NCBI RefSeq assembly: GCF_900544075.1
Contig: NZ_UQTJ01000001.1
Origin: an uncultured Bacteroides sp.
GTDB lineage: Bacteria; Bacteroidota; Bacteroidia; Bacteroidales; Bacteroidaceae
DNA length: 64,000 nucleotides
Reading direction: 5' to 3' (one strand)
A program made the translations under genes and the position numbers. This document shows positions 29,298 to 39,801 of the stretch, in pieces. The notes beneath the pieces were generated by a model that worked only from the letters and a program-made list of their open reading frames with translations, ran no database searches and had not been told where the DNA came from. Numbering within the stretch: position 1 is the stretch's first letter; every line of letters starts with the position of its first letter.

Positions 29298-31196
29298 ATG
29301 AAGACATTCGAAGAATTAGGCGTTTCCGAAGAAATACGCAGGGCAATCGAAGAAATGGGATATGAGTATCCTATGCCCGTACAGGAAGAAGTTATACCGT
29401 ATTTGCTTGGAAACGGAAATGACGTAGTGGCTCTGGCACAAACCGGAACCGGAAAAACAGCCGCATTTGGTCTGCCGCTGATACAGAAAATAAACATCAA
29501 AGAATGTGTACCGCAAGCACTGGTGCTCTGCCCTACACGCGAACTGTGCCTGCAGATAGCAGGTGACCTTACCGACTACTCAAAATATATTTCAGATCTT
29601 AAGATATTACCTGTATATGGAGGTTCATCAATAGAAAGCCAGATTAAAAGCCTGAAAAAAGGTGTACATATCATCGTGGCTACTCCGGGACGACTCATCG
29701 ACCTTATGGAACGCAAGGTGGCACGCCTTGAAACTATCAGATATGTGGTGATGGACGAGGCTGACGAGATGCTGAACATGGGATTCACAGAGAGTATCAA
29801 TGCCATACTCGAAAAGATACCTGAGGACCGCAATACTCTGATGTTCTCTGCCACAATGAGTCCTGAAATCTCGCGCATTGCGAAGACTTATCTGCATAAT
29901 GCGAAGGAAATAACCATAGGAACAAAGAACGAGGGCAGCAAGAACGTAAACCATATAGCATATATCGTACATGCAAAGGACAAGTATCTCGCACTGAAAC
30001 GTATCGTAGACTACTATCCTCAGATTTACGGTATCATCTTCTGCCGTACACGTATCGAAACTCAGGAGATAGCCGACAAGCTGATACAGGACGGATATAG
30101 TGCCGACTCTCTTCACGGAGAATTGAGCCAGGCTCAGCGTGACCTCGTGATGCAGAAGTTCCGCCAGCGCCATCTGCAGCTTCTTGTAGCTACCGACGTG
30201 GCAGCACGCGGACTTGACGTGAACGACCTTACTCACGTTATCAACTATGCCCTGCCAGACGATACAGAGAGCTATACTCACCGAAGCGGACGTACAGGCC
30301 GTGCAGGAAAGACGGGTATCTCTATAGCCATCATGAATATGCGCGAGAAAGGAAAGATGCGTGAGATAGAACGTATCATCAACAAGAAATTCACAATAGG
30401 AACACTCCCTGCCGGAAAAGAAATCTGCGAGCAGCAGCTCATCAAGGTTATCGATGATATAGAGAAGGTTAAGGTGAACGAAGAGGATATCGAAGCATTC
30501 CTTCCGGGCATTTACCGCAAATTTGAATGGCTGAGCAAGGAAGACCTTATCAAGCGTGTGGTATCAATGGAGTTCAACCGTTTCTTGGAATATTACCGTA
30601 ACGCACCTGAAATAGAACAGCCTAAGGTAAGCGAAAAGGATAAGTCTGACAAACCTCGCAAAGACCGCGGAAGCGACAAGGAAAAGACTGCCCGCAAGGC
30701 AGAAAAGGGATATGCACGCCTATTCCTCAATATGGGTAAGACCGACGGTTTCTATGCAAATCAGGTTATAGAACTGATCAACCGCAACACAAAGAAAGAG
30801 CGCATACAGATAGGACGTATTGACCTGATGCAGAACTTCTCATTCTTTGAAGTGGCAGAACAGCAGGCTGACATCGTTATGAAAGCTCTTAACAAAGTTG
30901 TTTTAAAAGGTAAGAGAATTATAGTGGAAATAGCCGGAGAGAACAACGGCAAAAGTGATAAGAGCGGCAAGAAGCGCAATTCCGGTTCTTCAAAAGAGAA
31001 AACCACAAAGGAAACTCCTGCAAAAGAAAAGAAGGCTTCAAAGAAGGATAAGCCAAGCCGTGAGGAACGCGGATATACTTCAGCTCGCGGACCTAAGCAC
31101 AAGGACGACTGGAAACAGTTCTTCGTGCATGACAACAACTCTTCAAATCCGGGATTTGATGATGCCGGAATGGGAAAGAAGAAAAAGAAGAAATAA
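29298..31196 (+). CDS. DEAD-box RNA helicase with DbpA-type RNA-binding domain and basic tail
   Basis: AQTGTGKT, PTRELC, DEAD, SAT, ARGLD and HRSGRTGRAG motifs. Confidence 0.95.
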   Translation: MKTFEELGVSEEIRRAIEEMGYEYPMPVQEEVIPYLLGNGNDVVALAQTGTGKTAAFGLPLIQKINIKECVPQALVLCPTRELCLQIAGDLTDYSKYISDLKILPVYGGSSIESQIKSLKKGVHIIVATPGRLIDLMERKVARLETIRYVVMDEADEMLNMGFTESINAILEKIPEDRNTLMFSATMSPEISRIAKTYLHNAKEITIGTKNEGSKNVNHIAYIVHAKDKYLALKRIVDYYPQIYGIIFCRTRIETQEIADKLIQDGYSADSLHGELSQAQRDLVMQKFRQRHLQLLVATDVAARGLDVNDLTHVINYALPDDTESYTHRSGRTGRAGKTGISIAIMNMREKGKMREIERIINKKFTIGTLPAGKEICEQQLIKVIDDIEKVKVNEEDIEAFLPGIYRKFEWLSKEDLIKRVVSMEFNRFLEYYRNAPEIEQPKVSEKDKSDKPRKDRGSDKEKTARKAEKGYARLFLNMGKTDGFYANQVIELINRNTKKERIQIGRIDLMQNFSFFEVAEQQADIVMKALNKVVLKGKRIIVEIAGENNGKSDKSGKKRNSGSSKEKTTKETPAKEKKASKKDKPSREERGYTSARGPKHKDDWKQFFVHDNNSSNPGFDDAGMGKKKKKK

Positions 31197-31209
31197 ATCA
31201 CATACTAGT

Positions 31210-31257
31210 AAAAAAACGAAATGCGCAGCCTTGAAAGTTGCGCATTTCGTTTTTTTA
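31210..31257. terminator. Bidirectional terminator between convergent genes
   Basis: AAAAAACGAAATGCGCA...TGCGCATTTCGTTTTTT. Confidence 0.85.
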
Positions 31258-31258
31258 T

Positions 31259-32623
31259 TTATTTTTCCATTACAATAAGTTCAAGCTTCTTTGCATTGGT
31301 ACGTGTCTTGAGCCAGTCTGCCATACGTTTCTTATCGGCAGCAGATGGTTTCTTGGCACATTGCAATATAGCAAATGTAAGAGTGTCAGGTTTGAGACTG
31401 TCAAGTTCAAGACGGATACTACGCGACAGTGCAACCGATTTGATACCTCCACCGAACAAGGCTTTCATCTCTCCTGCCAGTCTATTGTCAACCTGTCCGC
31501 TACGAGTATAGAGTTCCAACTGTGTTTTCAGGGAATCTATTTCATGCTGTTGTGCAGCAAGCTTCTGTTCACTCTTCTTGTAGAAGTCCTCCATCACCAT
31601 CGACTTAATATTGCTTATGTCCATCTCGCCATTATTCACTCCCTGGAATACTACAAGCTTAGTTTTTCCGAGGTTATACTTTTCAAGTTTCTGCTCGGCA
31701 GCGGCTATCTGGCTTTCGGACACCTCATTGCCGACCATCACAACCTTAATCTCACGTTTGGAATAAGATATTTCCCTACTGAGGATTTGTGAATTAGGGA
31801 ACTGGAGTTCCTCAGATATGTAATTGTTTGCAGCACTGTGATAGAATGTTTCCTTAACGATACCGTATGTAAGATATATCGCAGGACACATTGTCACCAA
31901 AGTTATGGTTATAATATATTTACGTACCAGTTTCTCACGATTTTTATCCACAAACTCCTTGTGCTTGAATTTCATAAACCGTACTCCCAGGAAAGTGGCA
32001 AGGCTTATGAACACTGAGTTGATAAAATAGAGATAGAAGGCTCCCAGGAAATAAAGCAGATTGCCGGTTGCCAATCCGAATCCGGCAGTACATAGCGGCG
32101 GCATCAATGCTGTAGCGATGGCCACACCCGGTATTACGTTTCCCTTCTCCTTTGTAGCCACAGCCACTATACCGGCAAGACCACCGACCAGGGCTATGAA
32201 TACGTCGTATATAGTAGGCGAAGTACGTGCCAACAATTCCGATTGCACCTCGTCAAGCGGAGTAAAGGCAAAATATATCGTAGCGGTAGTTACACTGAAC
32301 ACAGTTGCTATGAAATAACTCTTCAGAGAGCGTTTCATCAGTTCAAAGTCATTTATACCGATGGCAAGTCCCACACCCATGATAGGTCCCATAAGCGGAG
32401 AAATCAGCATGGCGCCGATGATTACGGCAGTAGAATTGACATTCAGTCCAAGAGAGGCTATGAACGTGGCAAACACAAGAATCCACAGATTCGCTCCACG
32501 GAATTCCACTCCATTGCGGATGCTTTCAACCGTGAGTTGCTCATCCTCCATGCTTTTGTTCAAGTCCAGATAATCATCGTAAAACTTTCTTATCAGGTAC
32601 TTCTTTCTGTTGTTAAGTTCCAT
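31259..32623 (-). CDS. DUF389/TIGR00341 membrane protein
   Basis: NSTAVIIGAMLISPLMGPI; PGVAIATALMPPLC. Confidence 0.85.
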   Translation of the reverse strand: MELNNRKKYLIRKFYDDYLDLNKSMEDEQLTVESIRNGVEFRGANLWILVFATFIASLGLNVNSTAVIIGAMLISPLMGPIMGVGLAIGINDFELMKRSLKSYFIATVFSVTTATIYFAFTPLDEVQSELLARTSPTIYDVFIALVGGLAGIVAVATKEKGNVIPGVAIATALMPPLCTAGFGLATGNLLYFLGAFYLYFINSVFISLATFLGVRFMKFKHKEFVDKNREKLVRKYIITITLVTMCPAIYLTYGIVKETFYHSAANNYISEELQFPNSQILSREISYSKREIKVVMVGNEVSESQIAAAEQKLEKYNLGKTKLVVFQGVNNGEMDISNIKSMVMEDFYKKSEQKLAAQQHEIDSLKTQLELYTRSGQVDNRLAGEMKALFGGGIKSVALSRSIRLELDSLKPDTLTFAILQCAKKPSAADKKRMADWLKTRTNAKKLELIVMEK

Positions 32624-32625
32624 AA

Positions 32626-34107
32626 TTATTTCTTTATAAATCGGTTAATAACAGGGATACTTCTCAAAGGTAAGTCTTTTTTTATGATATATGCAACAAA
32701 CAGCACAAGTAATAATGTACGGAAAGCAATACGCAACACTGTATTTTCAGGATAAATATATATTGATGCTACATAAAGCACTGCCGCAAAAACCAGATAG
32801 ACGAACATATCCTTTATAGGATAAGCCACAGGATATTTCTTCTGACCGATAAAATACGACAGAACGGTGATAAGTCCGTAACCGGCCACCGATGCCCATG
32901 CCGAAGCCAAGTATCCGTATTCAGGTACCAGCCAGATATTAAGTATAAGTATCACCGCACATCCTATAAGAGAGAAATATGCTCCCCAACGTGTCTCATC
33001 AATCAGCTTATACCAGAAAGAAAGATTGAAATAAATTCCTTTCAGTATCTCAGCCCCCATTACTATGGCAACCACGCTAAGGCCTTCCCAATAATCCGAA
33101 GCTACCATATATTTCAGAATATCCATATAAAACATAACAGCCAGAAACGCCAGCAGAGAGAAAATGAAGAAATACTTCATGGCTCCGGCGTAGGATGATG
33201 TACTGTCCTTTTTATTGCTGTTGCCAAACACGAAAGGCTCGTAGGCATATCTGAAAGCCTGGGTAAACATAGCCATAATCATAGCTACCTTACTTGTGGC
33301 ACTATAGATACCCAATTGTACAAGTCCCTCCTGACGATCATCGTAGAGGAAAGGATATATCATCTTGTCAACAGTCTGGTTCAATATTCCTACTACCCCG
33401 AATATCAGTATCGGGAATGAATAGCTTAACATACGTTTCTGAAGTTCAAAGTCAGGCTTGAAAGACAACTGTCTCAGTTCCGGGATAAAGAAGAGCATCT
33501 GTGCCGCCGACATTATCAGGTTCGATACAAATATGTAGCCTACCAGATAGTCCGGATTATAGAACCATGAAACCAATGAAGGCACATGTTCATTCAGCCA
33601 TGGACAGAGAAGAAGGAAGAAAAGGTTCAAAGCAATATTGCCAATGATATTGAAAAGCTTGATTGACGCAAATTTTATAGGCCTTTTCTTATATCTGAGC
33701 CATGCGAAAGGAATACAAAGAAACGAATCGAGAGCCACTACTACCATCATCATTCCTACATAGTCCTTATGGTCGGGATATTCAAGGAATTGCGATATAG
33801 GCTCCAGAAATATCAGACCGAGAATGACGAAAAGCAACGAAAGTCCTCCCACAAAAAGGGATGTATTCGAGAATACCTTTACAGGGTTCTCTTCCGACTT
33901 GTTTGCAAATCGAAAAAAACCTGTCTCCATACCGAAAGTAAGGAACACAAGTATAAGTGCCGTATATGCATATACATTCGACACTACTCCGTAGCCCCCC
34001 GACTCTGCCGAAAGGACTGCCGTATATAGCGGAACGAGCAGATAGTTGAGGAAACGTCCTACTATACTGCTCAGTCCGTAGATTGCTGTATCTTTAACTA
34101 GTGACAC
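32626..34107 (-). CDS. Polysaccharide biosynthesis / Wzx-like flippase (GTG start)
   Basis: TAIYGLSSIVGRFLNYLLVPLYT start; many TM helices. Confidence 0.8.
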   Translation of the reverse strand: MSLVKDTAIYGLSSIVGRFLNYLLVPLYTAVLSAESGGYGVVSNVYAYTALILVFLTFGMETGFFRFANKSEENPVKVFSNTSLFVGGLSLLFVILGLIFLEPISQFLEYPDHKDYVGMMMVVVALDSFLCIPFAWLRYKKRPIKFASIKLFNIIGNIALNLFFLLLCPWLNEHVPSLVSWFYNPDYLVGYIFVSNLIMSAAQMLFFIPELRQLSFKPDFELQKRMLSYSFPILIFGVVGILNQTVDKMIYPFLYDDRQEGLVQLGIYSATSKVAMIMAMFTQAFRYAYEPFVFGNSNKKDSTSSYAGAMKYFFIFSLLAFLAVMFYMDILKYMVASDYWEGLSVVAIVMGAEILKGIYFNLSFWYKLIDETRWGAYFSLIGCAVILILNIWLVPEYGYLASAWASVAGYGLITVLSYFIGQKKYPVAYPIKDMFVYLVFAAVLYVASIYIYPENTVLRIAFRTLLLVLFVAYIIKKDLPLRSIPVINRFIKK

Positions 34108-34113
34108 GTTGAG

Positions 34114-34147
34114 AATTAAGAATTAAAAATTAATAATTAAGAACTAA
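34114..34147. repeat. Heptamer tandem repeat (AATTAAG-like), about 5 units
   Basis: AATTAAG AATTAAA AATTAAT AATTAAG AACTAA. Confidence 0.7.
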
Positions 34148-35169
34148 TCAAAAAGCGTTTTCTCCTGTTGCCAGAAATTTCTTCCTAAATGCTTATAAGC
34201 AAGTTCGGTAACCTCGCGGCCACGTGGTGTCCGTTTCAGGAAACCTTCTTTTATCAGGAAAGGCTCATACACTTCTTCCAACGTTCCCGGGTCTTCACCC
34301 AAAGCCGTGGCAATTGTAGTAAGTCCTACTGGACCACCCTTGAACTTGTCGATAATAGTACAAAGAATCTTGTTGTCTATCTCATCAAGGCCATAGCGGT
34401 CGATATTCAGAGCTTCAAGAGCATATTTGGCTATTTTCAAATCAATATGCCCGTCTCCTTTCACCTGCGCAAAATCACGCACTCTTCTGAGCAAGGCATT
34501 TGCTATACGCGGAGTTCCACGGCTTCTTGACGCAATCTCACCGGCAGCCTCAACATCGCAGGTCACACCGAGAATTCCGGCCGAACGCATAACTATACGC
34601 GACAGAACATTCTCATCGTAATACTCCAGATGAAGATTTATACCAAATCTGGCTCTGAGCGGTGCAGTAAGCAATCCACTGCGTGTAGTTGCTCCTACAA
34701 GAGTAAAAGGATTCAAATCAAGCTGTATGCTTCGCGCCGACGGTCCCTTGTCTATCATAATATCTATACGATAGTCCTCCATAGCGGAATACAGGAACTC
34801 CTCGACTACCGGACTCAGACGGTGTATCTCGTCGATAAACAACACATCGTTAGGCTCCAGGCTGGTCAGTACACCTGCCAAATCACCCGGTTTGTCAAGT
34901 ACAGGCCCTGAAGTAACCTTGAAACCCACTCCAAGCTCGTTTGCTATGATATTGCTCAATGTAGTCTTTCCCAATCCAGGAGGTCCGTGAAGCAACACAT
35001 GGTCCAGAGCCTCAGCCCTGAGCCTTGCAGCCTTCACGAAGATACGCAAATTGTCAACCACCTTGTCTTGTCCACTGAAATCCTCGAACTGTAGCGGACG
35101 GAGGGCATTCTCAAAGTCGCGTTCCTTTCCCGTAGGCTTATAATCTCTTATATCAAACTGATCTTCCAT
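34144..35169 (-). CDS. ruvB: Holliday junction branch migration helicase RuvB
   Basis: [38 protein letters not shown] and RTPRGR motifs. Confidence 0.98.
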   Translation of the reverse strand: MEDQFDIRDYKPTGKERDFENALRPLQFEDFSGQDKVVDNLRIFVKAARLRAEALDHVLLHGPPGLGKTTLSNIIANELGVGFKVTSGPVLDKPGDLAGVLTSLEPNDVLFIDEIHRLSPVVEEFLYSAMEDYRIDIMIDKGPSARSIQLDLNPFTLVGATTRSGLLTAPLRARFGINLHLEYYDENVLSRIVMRSAGILGVTCDVEAAGEIASRSRGTPRIANALLRRVRDFAQVKGDGHIDLKIAKYALEALNIDRYGLDEIDNKILCTIIDKFKGGPVGLTTIATALGEDPGTLEEVYEPFLIKEGFLKRTPRGREVTELAYKHLGRNFWQQEKTLFD

Positions 35170-35301
35170 AAATAGTTATAAATACGAATGCAAAAGTACA
35201 AAAGAAAATTATGAAAAGAACATATTTAGGCCAAAATAGGATATACAGAAAAAATGTAATGTATTTTTGGGCGAACATTTAACTTTTTAATTTTTTAAAT
35301 T

Positions 35302-36432
35302 ATGGGAATAACTTTATTCAAGAGGAAGCTAAAGAACGGTCGTACCTCGCTTTACATTAACTACAGCAAGAATGGGAAAAGAAGAAAAGAGTCTTTAGGT
35401 ATTATATTGGAAGTGCCCAAAGACAAGGCTATACGTGAATCCAATAATGAAAAACTAAGAATAGCAAAATGCATAGTGTTGCAGCGCGAATTATCTTATC
35501 TGCGGAGCAGCTACAAAACATATTTGCCGTCTGTACTCCAAAAAGAAAATCTTGAGGAAAATTCCGAAGTGCTATTCAATATAAACCTGCTCGAGACCTT
35601 CAATGAATATATTGCACAATATTCAAATAAGGATATAAGGCTAGTAAAAGCAGCGAACGCACAACTAAGGGAATATATCCACTCCGACATTCTATTGCCC
35701 GCGCAGGTTACGAGTTCTTTCTGTCTGGGCTTTCAGAAGTTTCTGAACAGTAAATATAAAGGAAACACGCCATCACATTATTTCAAGAAATTCAAAATGT
35801 TTCTTGGATATTGCCTTGAAAAAAGCCTTATAGAGATAAACCCCGCCTCTAATATACATACTTCACAACATAACGCCATAACGAAGAATATACTGACGCC
35901 AGAAGAAATAAGCAAGCTGGCTTATACGGCATGCAAATCTCCGGAATTAAAAAGAGCTTTTCTCTTTGCCTGTTACAGCGGTTTACGCTGGAGCGATGTG
36001 GTTAATCTAAAGATGTCCGACATTGATTATGAGTCACGCATATTGACAATAACCCAACAGAAAGTATCAAAAAGTTCATCATGCGCTGTATTACACTTGT
36101 ATCTATGTAACAGTGCTGTAAGACTACTCAACAAAAATAGCCAAACACAGCATGGCGAAGAGAACGTTTTTTCTTTGCCATCACATGCATATGCCCTAAA
36201 AATCCTTAAGGATTGGATATCCGAAGCCGGAATAAGAAAACATATAACTTTCCATTGCGCCCGCCATACATTCGTAACATTATTAATATCGAACGGAGTT
36301 GATATCAAAACGGTCTCATCACTGGCCGGACATTCTACTACCAGGCATACGGAAACATATATGCATATTATAGATAAAAACAAGAAAAAAGCCATTGACA
36401 GCATGCCTGAGCTGCCTGACTATATTTTATGA
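35302..36432 (+). CDS. Tyrosine site-specific recombinase, probably an invertase
   Basis: Arm-binding-like N-terminus (SLYINYSKNGKRRKESLG); catalytic GLRWSD, HCARHT, LAGH and TETY intact; -7 box TATTTTTG at about 35263. Confidence 0.92.
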   Translation: MGITLFKRKLKNGRTSLYINYSKNGKRRKESLGIILEVPKDKAIRESNNEKLRIAKCIVLQRELSYLRSSYKTYLPSVLQKENLEENSEVLFNINLLETFNEYIAQYSNKDIRLVKAANAQLREYIHSDILLPAQVTSSFCLGFQKFLNSKYKGNTPSHYFKKFKMFLGYCLEKSLIEINPASNIHTSQHNAITKNILTPEEISKLAYTACKSPELKRAFLFACYSGLRWSDVVNLKMSDIDYESRILTITQQKVSKSSSCAVLHLYLCNSAVRLLNKNSQTQHGEENVFSLPSHAYALKILKDWISEAGIRKHITFHCARHTFVTLLISNGVDIKTVSSLAGHSTTRHTETYMHIIDKNKKKAIDSMPELPDYIL

Positions 36433-36469
36433 TATGCCGATTGTGCAATATAATTTAAGTTGATGTTCA

Positions 36470-36485
36470 GTAGCCGTCCAGGCTA
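36470..36485 (+). repeat. Left inverted repeat / recombination site (IR-L)
   Basis: GTAGCCGTCCAGGCTA, with arms TAGCC/GGCTA around asymmetric core GTCCA; exact reverse complement of 39625..39640. Confidence 0.85.
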
Positions 36486-36625
36486 TTTTTTAACAATGTA
36501 GCAAACTACATTATTAATTAATGTGCCTTGTTGATAAATTTCATTCCACTTAATACTTCAATGCCGTAATTGATTAAATAAGAATAACTAGATTATTTTT
36601 AATTTATAAATTAAAGTTTTTTATC

Positions 36626-39232
36626 ATGAGAAAAAAGTATTTAAGTGCACTTCTGTTTGGAGCTATGATTACAGCTTCTACAGGAACTTTTACGTCTTGT
36701 AAGGACTACGATGCAGACATCAAGAACTTGCAGGAACAGGTAGATGCTGTTAAGGCTTCGGTTGCAGACCTTGAAACAAAAATTCAGGCAGGCAACTGGG
36801 TTACATCTGTTAAAGATGTTGAAGGTGGATTTGAAATCACTTTCAACGATGGAAATAAATATACCATCGTAAACGGCGAAAAAGGTGATAAAGGTGACAC
36901 TGGAGCTACTGGTGCTACCGGTGCGCAGGGTATTGCTGGAGTAAATGGTACAATGTGGACTATCGGAGAAGATGGCTACTGGTACAAGGACGGCGTTAAA
37001 ACTGATTATAAGGCTATTGGTGAAAAAGGTGACAAGGGTGACCAAGGCGACAAAGGCGATAAAGGTGATCAAGGCGACAAGGGCGATAAAGGTGACCAAG
37101 GCGACAAGGGCGATAAAGGTGACCAAGGCGATCCGGGTAAAAACGGTTATTCACCATATATAGATTCTGACACAAATACATGGTGGTGTTATGACGATGA
37201 AGAAGGAAAATATGTAGATACAGAAATTCTGGCAACAAACGGCTCTATATATGTGACTGAAGTAGCCGATAGACCTGCATATATATTACATGTATGGAAT
37301 AATGATACAGAAGAATATTCCGAAGTAATTCTCCCAACATCTTCTTCTATCTCTGATTTGAAGTTGATGAATATTGATGGTAATACAATTAGTGAAGGAA
37401 TAGCGGACTTGGAATATAATTATGGAACTGTTACTGAAGATGAAATTACTTTTAACAATCATAAATATCTTCAAGGCCAAACATTATACAGCCATAAAAC
37501 TCGTTCTGTAGTCTATGCTCAGATCAATCCATCTAATATAGATTTCACAGCGACAGAGAACCCTTATAACTTTGACCTTGTAAATTCAAAAGGAGAGTCT
37601 GCTCTCGAATTGAAATCTTTGGAGCAATATAAAACAGAAGGTGCGTTGACAAGAGCTGAAGCTACATGGAATAAAGGAATTTATAAGCTGACTGTTAAAG
37701 AAAATATTAATGCTACAGCTGAAGCATATGCTCTACGTACTTTTGATGCGTACGGCAATGAAATTATATCAGCATATGATTTGACAGTTTTTTCAAATAA
37801 AGTAACTGATCAAGAATTACAAGCCGGTGAAGAAGACTTGGCGGTAGGTGAGGCTCATGATTTGTATGCTATAGCATTGGAGAAAACTGCTAATACTGGT
37901 GATGCCGTATATAACACTTTGGATGATGTAGCAGATTATTATTTCACATTGCCAGATGATGCACAAGGCGTAACTATTGAAACTGTAGATGGAAAACAGG
38001 TTATTAAATCTGTTAAACCACAAACAGAGGAAGTAACTGTTAATTATTTGACATTACAGGGTACTGCTAAAAGCGTAGTACTTACTTTGAACTTCCACAA
38101 GATGGTTGATCTTGGAACTATCAATGTAGAATTGAACAATGCATTAGGAAGAAACAATGTGGAGATAATCAAATATCTTGATGTTGATGATAAAGTTAAA
38201 GATATTATTAATGATAATGAAATTGAAGCAAGTTCAACTGATGAAACTCGATATGACTTATATGTTGACAATAATGGTTTGACATATGATGATCCTTTAT
38301 CAGGTACAGGTATCTCTGCAAGTCTTATTAAGATGAAAGTAGATGAAGCTGATAACAATCTTGTAAATGGCAAATATTATTTCATGGCTACATTACAGTC
38401 TAATGCAATTGATGATGTAAACTATACTGTTAAATTCAATTTAAAGAAAGATGAAATTAGTTATGCAATGTGTAGTTTGAATATCAATGTTACAATGAAC
38501 GATGACTTGTTCTCTTACTATAAGAAATCGTTGTGGTTCGAAGAAGGCTCATGGAATGCTGTAGCATATGGAACACCAGACGGTAGCAACGTAGAATTTG
38601 ATATGTTTGAATTATTTGCAGAGGATGTAAATGGTAGTCCAGTAGAAATCTCCGCTGATGAGCAGGCTAAATTTAAATTTACAGATAATGCAGAAACAGA
38701 TTCTTGGATTGCTATCCCAAGCTTGAATAACCATGAGTTAACTATCAGTAACGCGAATATGTATAAACAACATACATTGAAAGCTGGTTATTATCCATGG
38801 GAAAATGAAAACTTGACTCCTATTGAACAAGAGTTTACTCTTGTATTCAAGTCTCCATATCACGAAGCAAAACAAAATGCTCTTAACGAAGTAGTATTGA
38901 ATTCATTGTCTGCTACACACGAATTTGAAAAAGCAGACTTTGCGTGGATAGACCCTCGTACAAAGAACGTATTTAATTGGAATGAAACATACGGACAAAG
39001 TAATAATGAAGTTACTTCTATGAAACTGACATTGTCTGATGATTTAGCTTTGTATGTAGAGTTAAGTGGTACTTCTAGTAGTGATGATTTGAAGTCTAAT
39101 AACTTAATACTTAAATTTAAGAGCGGTGTTACAATGCCTGTATCAACTGTTACAGGTACTATTACTCTTACTGTAACGGATGCTTGGGGAGTTAAAACAA
39201 CTCAAGATGTAAATGTTATCTTGCGACCTTAA
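36626..39232 (+). CDS. Surface lipoprotein, S-layer/cell-surface-like (DUF4988-type N-terminus) with collagen-like repeats
   Basis: MRKKYLSALLFGA...FTSCKDYDADIKNLQ lipoprotein and coiled-coil start; G-x-y repeats; internal LTRA; C-terminal LTVTDAWG strand; family name from recall. Confidence 0.8.
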   Translation: MRKKYLSALLFGAMITASTGTFTSCKDYDADIKNLQEQVDAVKASVADLETKIQAGNWVTSVKDVEGGFEITFNDGNKYTIVNGEKGDKGDTGATGATGAQGIAGVNGTMWTIGEDGYWYKDGVKTDYKAIGEKGDKGDQGDKGDKGDQGDKGDKGDQGDKGDKGDQGDPGKNGYSPYIDSDTNTWWCYDDEEGKYVDTEILATNGSIYVTEVADRPAYILHVWNNDTEEYSEVILPTSSSISDLKLMNIDGNTISEGIADLEYNYGTVTEDEITFNNHKYLQGQTLYSHKTRSVVYAQINPSNIDFTATENPYNFDLVNSKGESALELKSLEQYKTEGALTRAEATWNKGIYKLTVKENINATAEAYALRTFDAYGNEIISAYDLTVFSNKVTDQELQAGEEDLAVGEAHDLYAIALEKTANTGDAVYNTLDDVADYYFTLPDDAQGVTIETVDGKQVIKSVKPQTEEVTVNYLTLQGTAKSVVLTLNFHKMVDLGTINVELNNALGRNNVEIIKYLDVDDKVKDIINDNEIEASSTDETRYDLYVDNNGLTYDDPLSGTGISASLIKMKVDEADNNLVNGKYYFMATLQSNAIDDVNYTVKFNLKKDEISYAMCSLNINVTMNDDLFSYYKKSLWFEEGSWNAVAYGTPDGSNVEFDMFELFAEDVNGSPVEISADEQAKFKFTDNAETDSWIAIPSLNNHELTISNANMYKQHTLKAGYYPWENENLTPIEQEFTLVFKSPYHEAKQNALNEVVLNSLSATHEFEKADFAWIDPRTKNVFNWNETYGQSNNEVTSMKLTLSDDLALYVELSGTSSSDDLKSNNLILKFKSGVTMPVSTVTGTITLTVTDAWGVKTTQDVNVILRP
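37019..37148 (+). repeat. 27-bp coding tandem repeat encoding (GDQGDKGDK)n
   Basis: GGTGACCAAGGCGACAAGGGCGATAAA-like unit about 3.5 times within a longer G-x-y run. Confidence 0.9.
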
Positions 39233-39315
39233 TGCGGATCAAGAATAAAGCATCTGTACGGACTAAAAATTTAACCCAGTTTTAGTTTTTCCATACAGTA
39301 CTTAGTACAAAAATT

Positions 39316-39348
39316 AAAGTGCGTTCACATATTGGGCGCACTTTTTTT
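39316..39348 (+). terminator. Intrinsic terminator of the surface-protein gene (inside the invertible segment)
   Basis: AAAGTGCGTTCA-CATAT-TGGGCGCACTTT plus T run. Confidence 0.8.
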
Positions 39349-39617
39349 ATTAAAAGACCTTTTATGGAATCATATGTTTCAAGATAATGCTTAGAAGTTA
39401 TAAATATATTCTAACTTCTAAACACTTTATCAGTTCTTTTTACCTTTAGACATGTTTTTAGCAAAATTCAATAAATTGCTCACAAAGAAACATATAACAA
39501 TTGTCTATATGTAAAAAGGAAGATTTCTGCCACTGAAATGGGACTTAATAGCGAAAGAAATTTAGTTTGTCTAATCATAAAATCATTCAATAGAAGTCTT
39601 TTTAGTATAGTTTTTTG

Positions 39618-39646
39618 TGTTTTGTAGCCTGGACGGCTACAAAACA
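39618..39646 (-). repeat. Right inverted repeat / recombination site (IR-R)
   Basis: Perfect 12-bp arms TGTTTTGTAGCC / GGCTACAAAACA around core TGGAC, the reverse complement of the IR-L core. Confidence 0.85.
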
Positions 39647-39801
39647 AATAATGTGTAATTACCACATATTTGCATTATAACCTAATTTTAACAAACTTCA
39701 CTTCAAAGATCTTAACTTTCCTGATGAGTCTAAGCTATCTCCGGATAAACAGCCTCAACTTACAAACATTCTGGCTTCGTGCCGCTATTAGTTTCACAGG
39801 A

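Noticed and set aside
35302..36432. Recombinase as the integrase of a prophage or ICE
   Set aside because: No phage, mobilisation or excisionase genes and no flanking direct att repeats were seen; the associated sites are inverted and exclude the recombinase gene
37019..37148. Possible CRISPR array
   Set aside because: Repeats are contiguous, in-frame and lack spacers; no cas genes in the window
39480..39665. 61-aa minus-strand ORF downstream of the external promoter
   Set aside because: GTG start, no recognisable features, and it spans IR-R; treated as a chance ORF, although translation cannot be excluded
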